From NCBI GenBank assembly GCA_963703625.1, contig CAVPEY010000007.1:14672-78671 (forward strand): a DNA stretch of 64,000 bases, given 5' to 3'. Position 1 is the first letter of the stretch. The number at the start of each line of letters is the position of its first letter. Of this stretch, positions 9,813 through 19,092 are shown one piece after another. This DNA comes from an uncultured Solirubrobacteraceae bacterium (GTDB taxonomy: Bacteria; Actinomycetota; Thermoleophilia; Solirubrobacterales; Solirubrobacteraceae). Both the position numbers and the translations under genes were made by a program. Under the pieces are notes generated by a model. It was not told where the DNA came from and did not search any database. It saw only the letters and a list, made by a program, of their open reading frames with translations.

Positions 9813-9862
9813 GTAGGCCAATAAAACCGGGCTATATGGCCTTACCTGGGCGCCAGAGGCGA

Positions 9863-9884
9863 GTTCGAGCCCAGTATCGCCCAC
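9863..9884 (+). other. att core: 3' fragment of tRNA-Val (T-loop to acceptor stem)
   Basis: GTTCGAGCCCAGTATCGCCCAC resembles the 3' end of actinobacterial tRNA-Val. No 5' half is present upstream. Confidence 0.75.
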
Positions 9885-10092
9885 TCCGTAGTCGCCCCAA
9901 CAACGATGCTGCTGCAAAGTGGCGTGTTCTGATGTCCGGTCGCGCCGTTCCAGCACGTATCGATGGCAAGCGCGGGTCATGGCGGCGGTGCGGAAGCGGG
10001 CTCGTCGGCGGTCAGGGCGAGTTCTTTGCAGCCACCTGACACGGGAGGCTGTGGTTCAATCGTTTTCCCGCTCGGCGGTCACGCGCAAGTGA

Positions 10093-11571
10093 CTATCGGG
10101 CGGGCCTGAACCTGTGCCTGGCGCCTTCGGTCGTTGGTCTGACTCGAGAGCGCGCGCTGGGGGCGGCGGCTGTCTGATCACCGCTTTCGGTGTGGCTTTC
10201 GGCGAGCAACGGTACGAGCTTGCTCGCGATAGGTGAGCCCCATCCGCTGGCGGGGTCCCAGCCGGGTTCGGCGGAGTAGCCAGTGACCGGTGGGTAGCTG
10301 TTGTTGCCTTTGGCGATGTCGTGGAATGCTTCGTGATACTCGCCGCTCTTTCCGATTTCGTACAACGCGGGGTTGATGTTCCCCAACGCGTGCCCGGCGA
10401 CCTGGTCTGCGATCGCGACGAGCCCCGCCCACTGAGGTGCCGCGGCGCTGGTTCCTCCAGAGATCCAGTAGTTGCCGTACTTTGCTTCTTCTTCCTTGCT
10501 CTGGCCGCTGCTGCCCCAGACCATTACCATGCCGCCGTCCGCCGCGGCATTGTCGGCGACGTCGGGGACGCCCCGCTGTGTTGTGATTGCGGGGACGCCT
10601 TCTTGGTATTTCGGCGTGGCATAGAGCGTGCTGAATCCTCCGCCGGCCGCCAAATGTTCGGGCCAGATGGTCGACGGGGTGGTTTCGTTCCAGACAGACT
10701 CGCTGATGTAGTGGCCCGAGCCGAAGTTCGCCGTTAGTTCGCTACCGCCGACCGCCGTGACGTTGGGGTCGCTGGCTGGAATGTTCACTTCGGGATGCGA
10801 CAGCGGTGCGCTGTATTCGCAGGTCGGCGCAGCGGCACCTTCGTCCCCAGAGCCGGCGACAAACGTTATGCCGTCTTCTACGCCCTCTTTGAACGCGCTC
10901 TGTTCTTCTTCTAGCAGCGACGCGGACTCGCATTCCTCAGTTTCGGTGTAACTCATCGAGACGACATCGCCGAGATGGTGTGCGACGACGTAGCGCTCAG
11001 TGGCGATGATTTCGGCACTTTCCCCCGAGCGGGCGAGCACCAACACGATCTTTGCTCCGGGCGCCGTGGCGTGCGCCAGCTCAACATCCATCGAGACCTC
11101 GAACGAGCCGATGACATCTTCCGGGTTGGATGCGTCAAACGGGGCAACCCCAGAGGGCGCGACCACTTCAAGGCTCGGCGGTGCTGGCAGCTTGAATCTA
11201 GAGTCGAATGTCGCGACGTCTTCGTCGAGGGTCGGGTCTTCCGTCCAGTCGATGATTGCAATCGTGACGCCGCTACCGTTCTCGCCGCGGCGGATCAGGG
11301 GCGAGAAGCCGTAGGCGCGACTGATCTGGCGCGGCTTATAACAGATGAATTCGGCGTTCGGATTTCGGCAGGACAGGTGTCGCGCTGACAGTCGCGCTGA
11401 CAGTACACGGGGGTCTAGCCCACCAAGCGAAACTGCCTGCCTCCCGAACGAACCTTCTGCTGAGAGCGGAGTGTGAGCATCGAACACTGCGCCGCTCGCG
11501 GTCGCCGATCCCATACTGCACGCCAAGGCGCACGTGGCCACCACCAGCCACCTCTTCCGCCCCTTAGCCAC
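10093..11571 (-). CDS. secreted S53 (sedolisin-like) peptidase
   Basis: EVSMDVE (E/D), GSGDEG, GVPDVA, GGTSAAAP (S), GWDPASGWGSP, and a signal-like N-terminus. Start uncertain. Confidence 0.9.
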   Translation of the reverse strand: MAKGRKRWLVVATCALACSMGSATASGAVFDAHTPLSAEGSFGRQAVSLGGLDPRVLSARLSARHLSCRNPNAEFICYKPRQISRAYGFSPLIRRGENGSGVTIAIIDWTEDPTLDEDVATFDSRFKLPAPPSLEVVAPSGVAPFDASNPEDVIGSFEVSMDVELAHATAPGAKIVLVLARSGESAEIIATERYVVAHHLGDVVSMSYTETEECESASLLEEEQSAFKEGVEDGITFVAGSGDEGAAAPTCEYSAPLSHPEVNIPASDPNVTAVGGSELTANFGSGHYISESVWNETTPSTIWPEHLAAGGGFSTLYATPKYQEGVPAITTQRGVPDVADNAAADGGMVMVWGSSGQSKEEEAKYGNYWISGGTSAAAPQWAGLVAIADQVAGHALGNINPALYEIGKSGEYHEAFHDIAKGNNSYPPVTGYSAEPGWDPASGWGSPIASKLVPLLAESHTESGDQTAAAPSARSRVRPTTEGARHRFRPAR

Positions 11572-11828
11572 CGCAACATATCGCCTCAACCTGCCCCCCG
11601 TCCCATGCTGCTCAGCGGCGAGCATACATCGTCCGCGATGTATCCGTAGCGCGCGCGGCGGCATAGGTCGAGCGCACGCGACCAGTATCCTGAACGCAGA
11701 TCGGCGCCGCACGCCTCTCTGCTGAGCTCATCCGTTTAGGGGGATGATGCCGGCACGGGTGCATGGCACAGTAAATCGGTGGCCGAAAGAAGCCTCGAGC
11801 CCGCAATCCAGGACCGAGCCGCTCCGAG

Positions 11829-12047
11829 ATGAGCGACAAGAGGCGATACGGCGATCCCCGCAAGCAGGCGGCGGAAGGCGCGAAACGCGCGCGACGGAGG
11901 TCCAAGCGCGAACTCTCTGTCGGGTTCATCGTCTTCGCGTGGATCGTCTTCTTCGTGCTGTGGTTCGCGGTGGGAAGCCTGCTGGTGGCAGCGATCGTCT
12001 TCGCTGGCCTGCTGCTGGCCGGGATAGGCGCGCTCAGCGCGAGCTGA
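11829..12047 (+). CDS. small membrane protein
   Basis: Basic N-terminus followed by about two hydrophobic helices. Confidence 0.6.
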   Translation: MSDKRRYGDPRKQAAEGAKRARRRSKRELSVGFIVFAWIVFFVLWFAVGSLLVAAIVFAGLLLAGIGALSAS

Positions 12048-12231
12048 ACTCCCGCCCCGCTCGGCCTCAGGCCGGGCTCAGCACACCGGTGCGCTTGACC
12101 GTCCGCACAACGGGACGGTCTCGACACGCTGATCGCCGGCCTGGCGGCGATCAGCGGCGGTGTGCTGGTGCTCGCGCTCGTGCGCCCAGCCGCGGTGTCA
12201 GCCCCGCCCCCGCCGCCGCGCCCGCGACCGG

Positions 12232-12259
12232 TTGAAAGGCCGCGACGTAGTGCTACCTT
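12232..12259 (+). promoter_or_regulatory. sigma70-type promoter, probably leaderless
   Basis: TTGAAA, 16 nt, then TACCTT with extended TG. ATG lies 7 nt downstream. Confidence 0.5.
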
Positions 12260-12266
12260 CCGCCCA

Positions 12267-12866
12267 ATGAGCTCGACCGATGACAGCAACGAAATCGATG
12301 TACTGCTAGCGGACATCCCGCAGAGCGCAAACGCACTCGGCGAGCCCTCCGCGCCGGCCAACCTCGAGTACTTCGGTGACCTCGAGTGCCCGTTCTGCCA
12401 GCAGTTCTCGCTCGAGGTTCTGCCCGCGATCATCAGACGGTGGGTACACACCGGCAAGTTGCAAATCAAGTACCGCGCGTTGCAGACGGCGACGCGCGAG
12501 CCGGACGTCTTCTTGGCGCAGCAGTCCGCGGCCCTGGCGGCGGGCAAGCAGGACAAGGCGTGGTACTTCGTTGAGATCTTCTACGCCCAGCAGGGCGAGG
12601 AGGGCACGGGCTACGTCACTGACGCCTATCTCGACGGGATCGCGAGCCAGGTCGCGCAGCTGGACCTCGCGCGCTGGGCGACAGACCGCAACGACCCGGA
12701 GCTGGCAAACGAGATCACCGCGGACGCTGAGGCGGCCGAGAATGCCGGCCTTGGCGGAACCCCGTCGTTCCTACTCGGTGCGAGCGGACGCGCAATGCGG
12801 GTGTTCTCCCCATCCGACGCGACGTCGTTCGACGCGGCGATCGAAGCGCTCGCGGGGGGCAGGTAG
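12267..12866 (+). CDS. DsbA family thioredoxin-fold protein
   Basis: FGDLECPFC (CxxC) and GGTPSF (cis-Pro loop). Confidence 0.9.
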   Translation: MSSTDDSNEIDVLLADIPQSANALGEPSAPANLEYFGDLECPFCQQFSLEVLPAIIRRWVHTGKLQIKYRALQTATREPDVFLAQQSAALAAGKQDKAWYFVEIFYAQQGEEGTGYVTDAYLDGIASQVAQLDLARWATDRNDPELANEITADAEAAENAGLGGTPSFLLGASGRAMRVFSPSDATSFDAAIEALAGGR

Positions 12867-13616
12867 TTAGTTCTCGCCCCAGCGCCCGTCGCCGTGATCG
12901 CGCGGCGAGCTGTCGCCGTAGAACTGCCTCGCGAGCGCAAGGATCTCTCCCTCGGTGAGGTCCTCGCTGTCGGACTCGATCGAGCCGACGATCCGCTTCA
13001 TCAGTTCGTGGTCGTGCTGGGCGAGGTACTGCGTGAACTGCAGCATGCCGTTGCTGTGACCGTGACCGTTGCCGATGATCAATATCTCGGCCGCAGGCCT
13101 GAGCGCTTGGGCGAGCTCGGCGTACCACGATTTCTCGATGCTGCCGTACCAACCGTCGGGGTTGTTGGCTTTGTGGTGCATCGTGCGCAGCTTGCCGGTG
13201 GGGTCCTCGGGCACGATTCTCCGCGACGCGCCCTCCACCACATCAGTCGGGTAGATATCGGCGCCGTGGTAGCTGATGACGAGGATCGCGTGGCCGCTGG
13301 GCCCGCTCGCGGCTGGCTGCGTGCTTGGGCCTTGGTGCTCGCGCAGCCCCTCGGCGGTGATGCCGGCGGCCGCGAGCATGCGCCTGAGGTCGACAACCGT
13401 CTGCTCGCCGATGTCCTTCCCGCTGGGGCGGTGCAGCGTCTCGGTCTCGCCGCCGACGGCGACCTTGAACTTGCCGTTGTGCTCCTCGGTCACCTCGCCG
13501 ATCGCCTCCAACAGTGAGAGGACGTCACGCCACTCGATGTTGTGGCTGACCGGGTGGGCGAGGATCGCCTCCGCGGTACGGCGATGGTGGTTGTCGAGGT
13601 GCGTGGTGGCGCTCAT
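12867..13616 (-). CDS. HicA-like N-terminal domain fused to an aeRF1/attachment-protein-like C-terminal domain
   Basis: HHRRTAEAILAHPVSHNIEWRDVLSLL...LHRP, then ELAQAL..AAEILIIG.G......L..YL...RIVG.....LTEGEILALARQFY. Confidence 0.6.
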   Translation of the reverse strand: MSATTHLDNHHRRTAEAILAHPVSHNIEWRDVLSLLEAIGEVTEEHNGKFKVAVGGETETLHRPSGKDIGEQTVVDLRRMLAAAGITAEGLREHQGPSTQPAASGPSGHAILVISYHGADIYPTDVVEGASRRIVPEDPTGKLRTMHHKANNPDGWYGSIEKSWYAELAQALRPAAEILIIGNGHGHSNGMLQFTQYLAQHDHELMKRIVGSIESDSEDLTEGEILALARQFYGDSSPRDHGDGRWGEN

Positions 13617-13840
13617 GAGGATTCGAGCAGCTGCTTCGCGCGCGCCAGCGCCTCGCGCAGGCTGTGCGCGTTGACAACGATCGCGCCGCCATCGCTCGCC
13701 GGCTCGATTCTGAGAACCAGCTCGCCGTCTTCGATTCGCGTGAAGCCGAAGAGCCTGTCGCCGACCCAGAACTCCGCGGCGCCGTACTCGGCCTCTTCGG
13801 GGCTTACAACGCTGACCTTGAGTTCGTGCTGAGCTGCCAT
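13613..13840 (-). CDS. hypothetical protein
   Basis: 75 aa with GC-typical codons. ATGA overlap with the downstream gene. Confidence 0.65.
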   Translation of the reverse strand: MAAQHELKVSVVSPEEAEYGAAEFWVGDRLFGFTRIEDGELVLRIEPASDGGAIVVNAHSLREALARAKQLLESS

Positions 13841-13871
13841 CTGTCCAGTCCGTCGGGTTGCGGTGAACAGC

Positions 13872-14035
13872 CTACTGCGGCCGGCCAGCAAGAGTCGCGC
13901 GCTTATTCCTCGCGATCACGGCGACCCCGACGCGCCCGCCGTCGACATCGATGACCGTGCCGTGCACGAACGATCGCCCGCCCGATGTTGCTCGTGGAGC
14001 CCGTTACGAGCGGCCGTCTTGCCCCGCAGCCGCAC
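13872..14035 (-). pseudogene. SDR oxidoreductase remnant with a large internal deletion
   Basis: N-terminal VRLRGKTA/LVTGSTSNIGRAI is joined at ~13972 directly to C-terminal SFVHGTVIDVDGGRVGVAVI. Confidence 0.75.
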
Positions 14036-14062
14036 TCGGCTTGCCCCGTTTCGCTCGCCGAC

Positions 14063-14344
14063 TCAGCCGATACCTAGCGCCTTCGCCTTCGCGGCCGCGA
14101 ACTCCTCATCCGTGAGCGCGCCGCTGGCATGAAGCGCGACCAGCTCGTTGATCTGTGCGGAGGTCGAGTCCGCGGGTGTGCCTGCCGGCGGCGGCGCCTG
14201 CGGCGGGGGCGGGGCAGCGGCCTGAGCTTCACTCGCGGCGGCCTCCTCTGCGCTGCGCTCCCCGCGTTTATGGGCGACGGTCACGATTGCTGCGTTCGGG
14301 GTGACACCTCGCCCTCCGCACGCCCCCAGGCGACGGCGTCCCAC
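14063..14344 (-). CDS. SHOCT domain protein (N-terminus possibly degraded)
   Basis: C-terminal QINELVALHASGALTDEEFAAAKAKALG after a Pro/Ala linker. Confidence 0.7.
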   Translation of the reverse strand: MGRRRLGACGGRGVTPNAAIVTVAHKRGERSAEEAAASEAQAAAPPPPQAPPPAGTPADSTSAQINELVALHASGALTDEEFAAAKAKALGIG

Positions 14345-14465
14345 GAGGCAGGACGCCCCTCTTACCTGGAGGGGTCAAAAACACATCCTTACAGTGAGGG
14401 CGACCCCTGGGCCGCCCCCCGTCCACGACGAGCTCACCGAGCGCCGGCGAGCTCCGGATATGCCG

Positions 14466-14684
14466 CTATTCCCTGCCGAGGGTGCCCTTCTTGATTTGCG
14501 CGACGAGCGAGCCCGCGAACGTTTCTGCTCGAGCACGGGACTCTTGCCCGTTTCGATGGTTTCTTCGAGGTTCGTGAATTTCGGCCGCTTCGTATTCGGC
14601 TTCTGGGTGCTTTAGCGACGAACTGGTGCGCGTTGGGCGCTTCCGCCAGTCCAGCGAGCCAGTGCCGACGCGAATGAGCGTCAT
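14466..14684 (-). pseudogene. degraded gene of unknown function
   Basis: Strong AAGGAGG RBS before ATG 14684. Protein-like segments alternate between frames (AHQFVA / KHPEAEYEAAE / FTNLEETIETGKSPVLEQ / FAGSLVAQIKKG). Confidence 0.4.
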
Positions 14685-14860
14685 GCCTTCGTTCCTCCTT
14701 GCGGTGGGTCTGATCGCGACGGTGCTGCCGCTGATCTCGCGAATCCGTCGCGAGCGCGCTCGAACCTTCGTCCAGATCTCGGCGCCCGCCAGGCTGCAAT
14801 CTTCGTCCAGAACTCACTCGCGGGCGGGCCAAGCGGGCAGAGGATGACGTAGCTGTGTAT

Positions 14861-16477
14861 ATGCGCATGCGCTTGCGTCACCTGCTCCTGGTCGCTGGTG
14901 TCGCCCCATTCATCGGTGCCTGCCTGTGCGCTCCCACGTTCGCCGCGACCGGCACGCTCGTGGCGAGCAACTGCGCGCCGGTCGCCGCCAGCAACTCCGG
15001 CACGATGGTCTGGTACAGCATGAACGCAGCGGGCGTCTGGGACGCCTACGTCGGTACCGGAAACTGTCAGGGCGCGCCGCTGCTGCCAGCCTATGACGGC
15101 AATCGCGGCCCGGCCGCGATCACCGCCGACGGGCGCTACGTGCTGCTCACGACCGCGGTGGGCTTGGACAAGACGCTGCGCTTCTCCGCCCCGGGGCAGG
15201 GTTCGGGCAACGCCATCCAGCTGTATGACCGTCAGACGGGCAAGCTGTCGACGCTGCTCCCGGGAGCGACCGCGTCTCAACGCGGCGTCATCTGGCCGGC
15301 GTTCAACTCCAACGCCACCAAGATCGTCTGGTCGCAGATGCTGGAAACGGCCGCTGAAGACCCGCCCGTCGGCCGCTGGGCGCTGCACGTCGCCGATGTG
15401 AACCTCGCCGCCGGCACGCTCAGCAACAACGTCGAATGGCAGGACCCAAGCGGCGAAGCGAACTTCTTCGAGGCCTACGGCTGGATTCCGAACACCAATC
15501 TGCTGGTGTTCATGTCGGGCACGCGGGCGACGACCAGCGGGCTTCGCGCCGCTCAGCTGTTCACGCTCCCGGACGAACTCAACCCCGTCACAGCACCGAC
15601 GCGGATCAGCCCTGAATTCGCGCCCGTCTGGCCATGGCAGGAAGCTGTCGACGTCTTTCACGAGTTCGCCCATTTCGCCCCCGGCAACCCGTACACCCTG
15701 TACACCTCGGTCGGCGCCGACACCGTCGGCGGCGACGATCTCTTCTCCTATGACCTGCGCACCCAGGAAGCGAGCGGTCTGCTCGGACAGCCGACGCGAA
15801 TCAGCTACTTCGGCGGCGACCTGAACGCCAACATGGGCAGCGAGGCGGTCCCCGGCTGGCCCGCGCCCTCCTACACCGTCGTCACGACGATGGCGTGGGT
15901 CAATGGCGGCTGGGTGCTGACCACGTGCCCAGACCTGCTGTGCTCGACGGTGAACGCGTGGCGCGTCGAAGAATCGGGGGACTCCGTCGCCAAAGGGAAA
16001 GGCTCCAAGAACTCCCGCGGCACACCTCCCGGCACGACCGAATCCATCGCCGAACCCGGCGGCGGCTCGACGGTCAACGCCGAAGTCGAGCCAGGTGAGG
16101 CGGGGCTGCTCGCCTCCAAGCTCAAGGTCTCAAGCGGACGCGTCACGATCGAGCTGCGCTGCGCCGGTGGCGGCCTGTGCACAGGCACGCTCAGGCTCAC
16201 CGCCAAGCACGCAGGCGCCGGCCATCACCACAAGCGTTCCACCACCGAGACGATCGGCCAGGCTGGTTTCACGATCCTGCCGGAGATGAGCGCCAGCGTG
16301 AGCCTGCCGTTGAACGCTGCCGGCAGAGCGCTGCTCCTCGCCGGACACGGCAAGCTGAAAGCGCTGCTCGAGACTCTCGGCGCGGGATCGACCGCGGGGG
16401 ATGCCTCGAGCTCCACGGCGCAGCGCCTCTCACAGACTGTGCGCCTGAGCGCCTTGATGAAGCCCGCAAAGCGCTAA
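14861..16477 (+). CDS. secreted TolB-like beta-propeller protein with an extra C-terminal beta domain
   Basis: Signal peptide; ITADGRYVLL, WPAFNSNATKIVWS and EFAHFAP blade-like motifs; C-terminal IELRC....CTGTLRL...LPLNAAGRALL domain. Confidence 0.8.
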   Translation: MRMRLRHLLLVAGVAPFIGACLCAPTFAATGTLVASNCAPVAASNSGTMVWYSMNAAGVWDAYVGTGNCQGAPLLPAYDGNRGPAAITADGRYVLLTTAVGLDKTLRFSAPGQGSGNAIQLYDRQTGKLSTLLPGATASQRGVIWPAFNSNATKIVWSQMLETAAEDPPVGRWALHVADVNLAAGTLSNNVEWQDPSGEANFFEAYGWIPNTNLLVFMSGTRATTSGLRAAQLFTLPDELNPVTAPTRISPEFAPVWPWQEAVDVFHEFAHFAPGNPYTLYTSVGADTVGGDDLFSYDLRTQEASGLLGQPTRISYFGGDLNANMGSEAVPGWPAPSYTVVTTMAWVNGGWVLTTCPDLLCSTVNAWRVEESGDSVAKGKGSKNSRGTPPGTTESIAEPGGGSTVNAEVEPGEAGLLASKLKVSSGRVTIELRCAGGGLCTGTLRLTAKHAGAGHHHKRSTTETIGQAGFTILPEMSASVSLPLNAAGRALLLAGHGKLKALLETLGAGSTAGDASSSTAQRLSQTVRLSALMKPAKR

Positions 16478-16590
16478 GCGGATCGCGAGGGCGGGCGCGT
16501 CCGGTGGCCGCGTGCTCCGTGGTACGATCGCCAGCGATGGGGAGGAAACGTCCGCCCGTCACGTGGCGGGGGGCAAGGGAGAGAGGCAAC

Positions 16591-19092
16591 GTGGAGCCTG
16601 TCGCCGTTCGGACCGTGAGAGCTCGTCAGCGCGCACTCCCGCGCATGGCGCTCGCCGCACTTGCGACGTTCGTGCTCGTGGCGGCGCCGGCGCGCGCCGA
16701 AGAACAGTTCGGCGACCTCTCCGGCGGCGCGTTTCAGATCCTCGCGCCCGGCGAGGAAGGCAGCGTGTTCTCCAACCAGTTCTCGATCGATCAGGGCGTG
16801 CTCTACAACGCGCTGACACCGTTGCAGGGGAACGTCACCACCAGCGCCCTGGAAACGGACTTCGTTTCGGAGAAGCTCGGCGTGCAGGGGCCGGTGCTCC
16901 GCGAAGAAACGACACCGCGTGCGGGCCTGCAGATCATCCGCGACAGCCACGACATCCCGCACATCTACGGGACCACTCGCGCGGCCGTGATGTACGGGTC
17001 CGGCTGGGTTGCCGCCAGAGACCGCGGGCTGCTGCTCCGGCTCGGTCTCGGCCCCGCCTTCGTCGCCGCGCTCGGCATCCCCGGCCTCAACCCCGAGGGC
17101 CTGCTGCTCGAAGCTCGAGGCTTCACCCCGAGCGCTGAAGCCGTCAGCTTCGTCGCCGGGCAGAAGCAAGTGCTCGAAGAAGACGGGCCGAGCGGCTTTC
17201 AGGTGATCTCCGACCTCGAAAACTGGGTCGAAGGCGTCAACGGCTATGAGGCGACGCTACCGGCGCTCCTGCGGCTGCCGACGGTCAATCTCGCCGACGC
17301 GATCGCGGGTTTCTCGCTGATCGGGTCGATCTTTGGCAACGGCGGCGGCAACGAAGTCCTCGATTCGCAGTTCCTCGCGCGCCTCGAGCAGAAATACGGG
17401 GCGGTCGAAGGCCTCAAGGTGTTCCGGGATCTCAAGGAGGCGGAGGATCCTGAAGCGCCGACCACCGCCACCAAGGCCTTCCCCTACGACACCGTGCCCA
17501 CAGGCCCGACGCCCGGTGCCGGCATCGTCGAACCGGGCTCGGTCAGCGCGTCCGCCGCCGGTGCCGCGGCCGCGGTCAAAGCCACGCGGCACAAGGCCTC
17601 CAACTTCCTGCTCGTCGGCGCCGGTGACTCCGCGAGCGGCCATCCGCTCGCCGTCATGGGTCCGCAGCTCGGTTACTCCTATCCCGAGCTCGTCTTCCAG
17701 GCCGACCTGCACGGTCCGGGCATCGACGCCGAGGGCGCCGTCGCCCCGATCTCGCCGTATGTCTTCATCGGGCGCGGCAAGAGCTTCGCTTGGAGCCTCA
17801 CGAGCGCTGGCAGCGAGAACACGCAGCAGTTCCTCGAGAAGCTGTGCAACCCCGAAGGCGGGCCGGTCACGAGCGAATCGGACTACTACGAACACGACGG
17901 GCAGTGCCTGCCGTTTCACACGTTCGACGCCGGGCGCCTGGCGGCGGGCGAAGGCGAACCGGCGCACGAGGTGTACTTCAAAGAAAGCATCCACGGCCCG
18001 ATCAGCGGCACGGCGACGGTCGCCGGCAGGCCCTACGCGATCGCCAACGATCGCAGCACGCGCGGTCGCGAGCCCGCGGGTGAGGTGGCGTTCAGCATGC
18101 TCGACTCAGATCAGGTGAACAACCCCCAGCAGTTCTTCGAAGCGGCGAACCACCTCGAGACGACGTTCAACATGGCCTACCTCGACAGCAAGCACATCGC
18201 CTTCTTCTCAACCGGGCGGCTGCCGATCCTCGCGCCCGGCACCGACCCGAGCCTGCCGACGTTCGGCACCGGCCCCTACGACTGGAAAGGCTTCCTCTCG
18301 CTCGAACAGCACCCGCACGAAGTCGACCCTACGGGCAACAGGCTGCTGAACTGGAACAACAAACCCGCGCCCGAATGGGGTGCGGCCTCCGACAACTTCT
18401 CCTACGGCCCGGTGTATCGGGTGCAGATGTTCAATGGCTTCAAAGCCGGCATGAACGAGGCCGACGACGCCTCGATCATGAACCGCGCCGCGACGCAGGA
18501 CTTCCGCGCGGTCACCGACTGGCCGCTGATCGCACGCGTCCTCGCGGCGCAGCCCGCGCCCAGCAAACTCGCGGAAGTTGCCGTCAACGAGGTCACTAGC
18601 TGGTCGCAGAGCGGCGCCAGCCTGCTCGGCATCACGAGGCCGTTCGCGCCGGCTGCGGCGGTGCTCGAGAAGGTCTTCACGCCGATCGCCGAAGCCGTCC
18701 TCAGCCCTGTGCTCGGGCCCCTGCTTCCCGAATTCGAGGCGATTGACTCCCCCGATGACGGCCCGTCGTCGACCGGATCGGCCTTCGACACCGGCTGGTA
18801 TGGCTACATCTACAAGGATCTGCGCACGCTGCTCGGCGAAAAGGTGCTCCAGCCCTACAGCCGCGGCTACTGTGGCAACGGCAACCTCGACGCGTGCAGC
18901 GCGTCGCTGTGGCAGTCGATCCAGGCCGGCGTCGAAGCGCTAGCCGCCGAACAGGGCCCGAAGCCGGCGTTTTGGCGGGCACCCGAAGTGAGGATCAAGT
19001 TCCCGCCGGGCCTGTTGCCGTACACGATGCGTTGGACCAACCGCTCGACCTTCCAGCAGGTGATCGAGTTCACGGGCTCCTCGGAACCGTGA
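16591..19092 (+). CDS. secreted penicillin acylase family (S45, Ntn hydrolase) protein
   Basis: IIRDSHDIPHIYG, KA/SNFLLVG (beta-chain Ser), GHPLAVMGPQLG, NWNNKP. Start is GTG 16591 (RBS present) or ATG 16645. Confidence 0.92.
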   Translation: MEPVAVRTVRARQRALPRMALAALATFVLVAAPARAEEQFGDLSGGAFQILAPGEEGSVFSNQFSIDQGVLYNALTPLQGNVTTSALETDFVSEKLGVQGPVLREETTPRAGLQIIRDSHDIPHIYGTTRAAVMYGSGWVAARDRGLLLRLGLGPAFVAALGIPGLNPEGLLLEARGFTPSAEAVSFVAGQKQVLEEDGPSGFQVISDLENWVEGVNGYEATLPALLRLPTVNLADAIAGFSLIGSIFGNGGGNEVLDSQFLARLEQKYGAVEGLKVFRDLKEAEDPEAPTTATKAFPYDTVPTGPTPGAGIVEPGSVSASAAGAAAAVKATRHKASNFLLVGAGDSASGHPLAVMGPQLGYSYPELVFQADLHGPGIDAEGAVAPISPYVFIGRGKSFAWSLTSAGSENTQQFLEKLCNPEGGPVTSESDYYEHDGQCLPFHTFDAGRLAAGEGEPAHEVYFKESIHGPISGTATVAGRPYAIANDRSTRGREPAGEVAFSMLDSDQVNNPQQFFEAANHLETTFNMAYLDSKHIAFFSTGRLPILAPGTDPSLPTFGTGPYDWKGFLSLEQHPHEVDPTGNRLLNWNNKPAPEWGAASDNFSYGPVYRVQMFNGFKAGMNEADDASIMNRAATQDFRAVTDWPLIARVLAAQPAPSKLAEVAVNEVTSWSQSGASLLGITRPFAPAAAVLEKVFTPIAEAVLSPVLGPLLPEFEAIDSPDDGPSSTGSAFDTGWYGYIYKDLRTLLGEKVLQPYSRGYCGNGNLDACSASLWQSIQAGVEALAAEQGPKPAFWRAPEVRIKFPPGLLPYTMRWTNRSTFQQVIEFTGSSEP

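Larger units (their letters stand above)
1..9884. mobile_element. integrative mobilizable element (left end outside the window) inserted at a tRNA-Val-like site
   Basis: MobF relaxase, Xis, tyrosine integrase, tandem arm-like repeats at 9759-9812, and a tRNA 3'-end fragment at 9863-9884. Confidence 0.75.

Noticed and set aside
9810-9890. Intact tRNA gene
   Set aside because: Only the T-loop and 3' acceptor strand are present; there is no D-arm, anticodon arm or complementary 5' strand.
11379-11402. 12-bp tandem duplication in the S53 gene
   Set aside because: In-frame (LSAR x2) in the non-catalytic N-terminal region; ordinary slippage.
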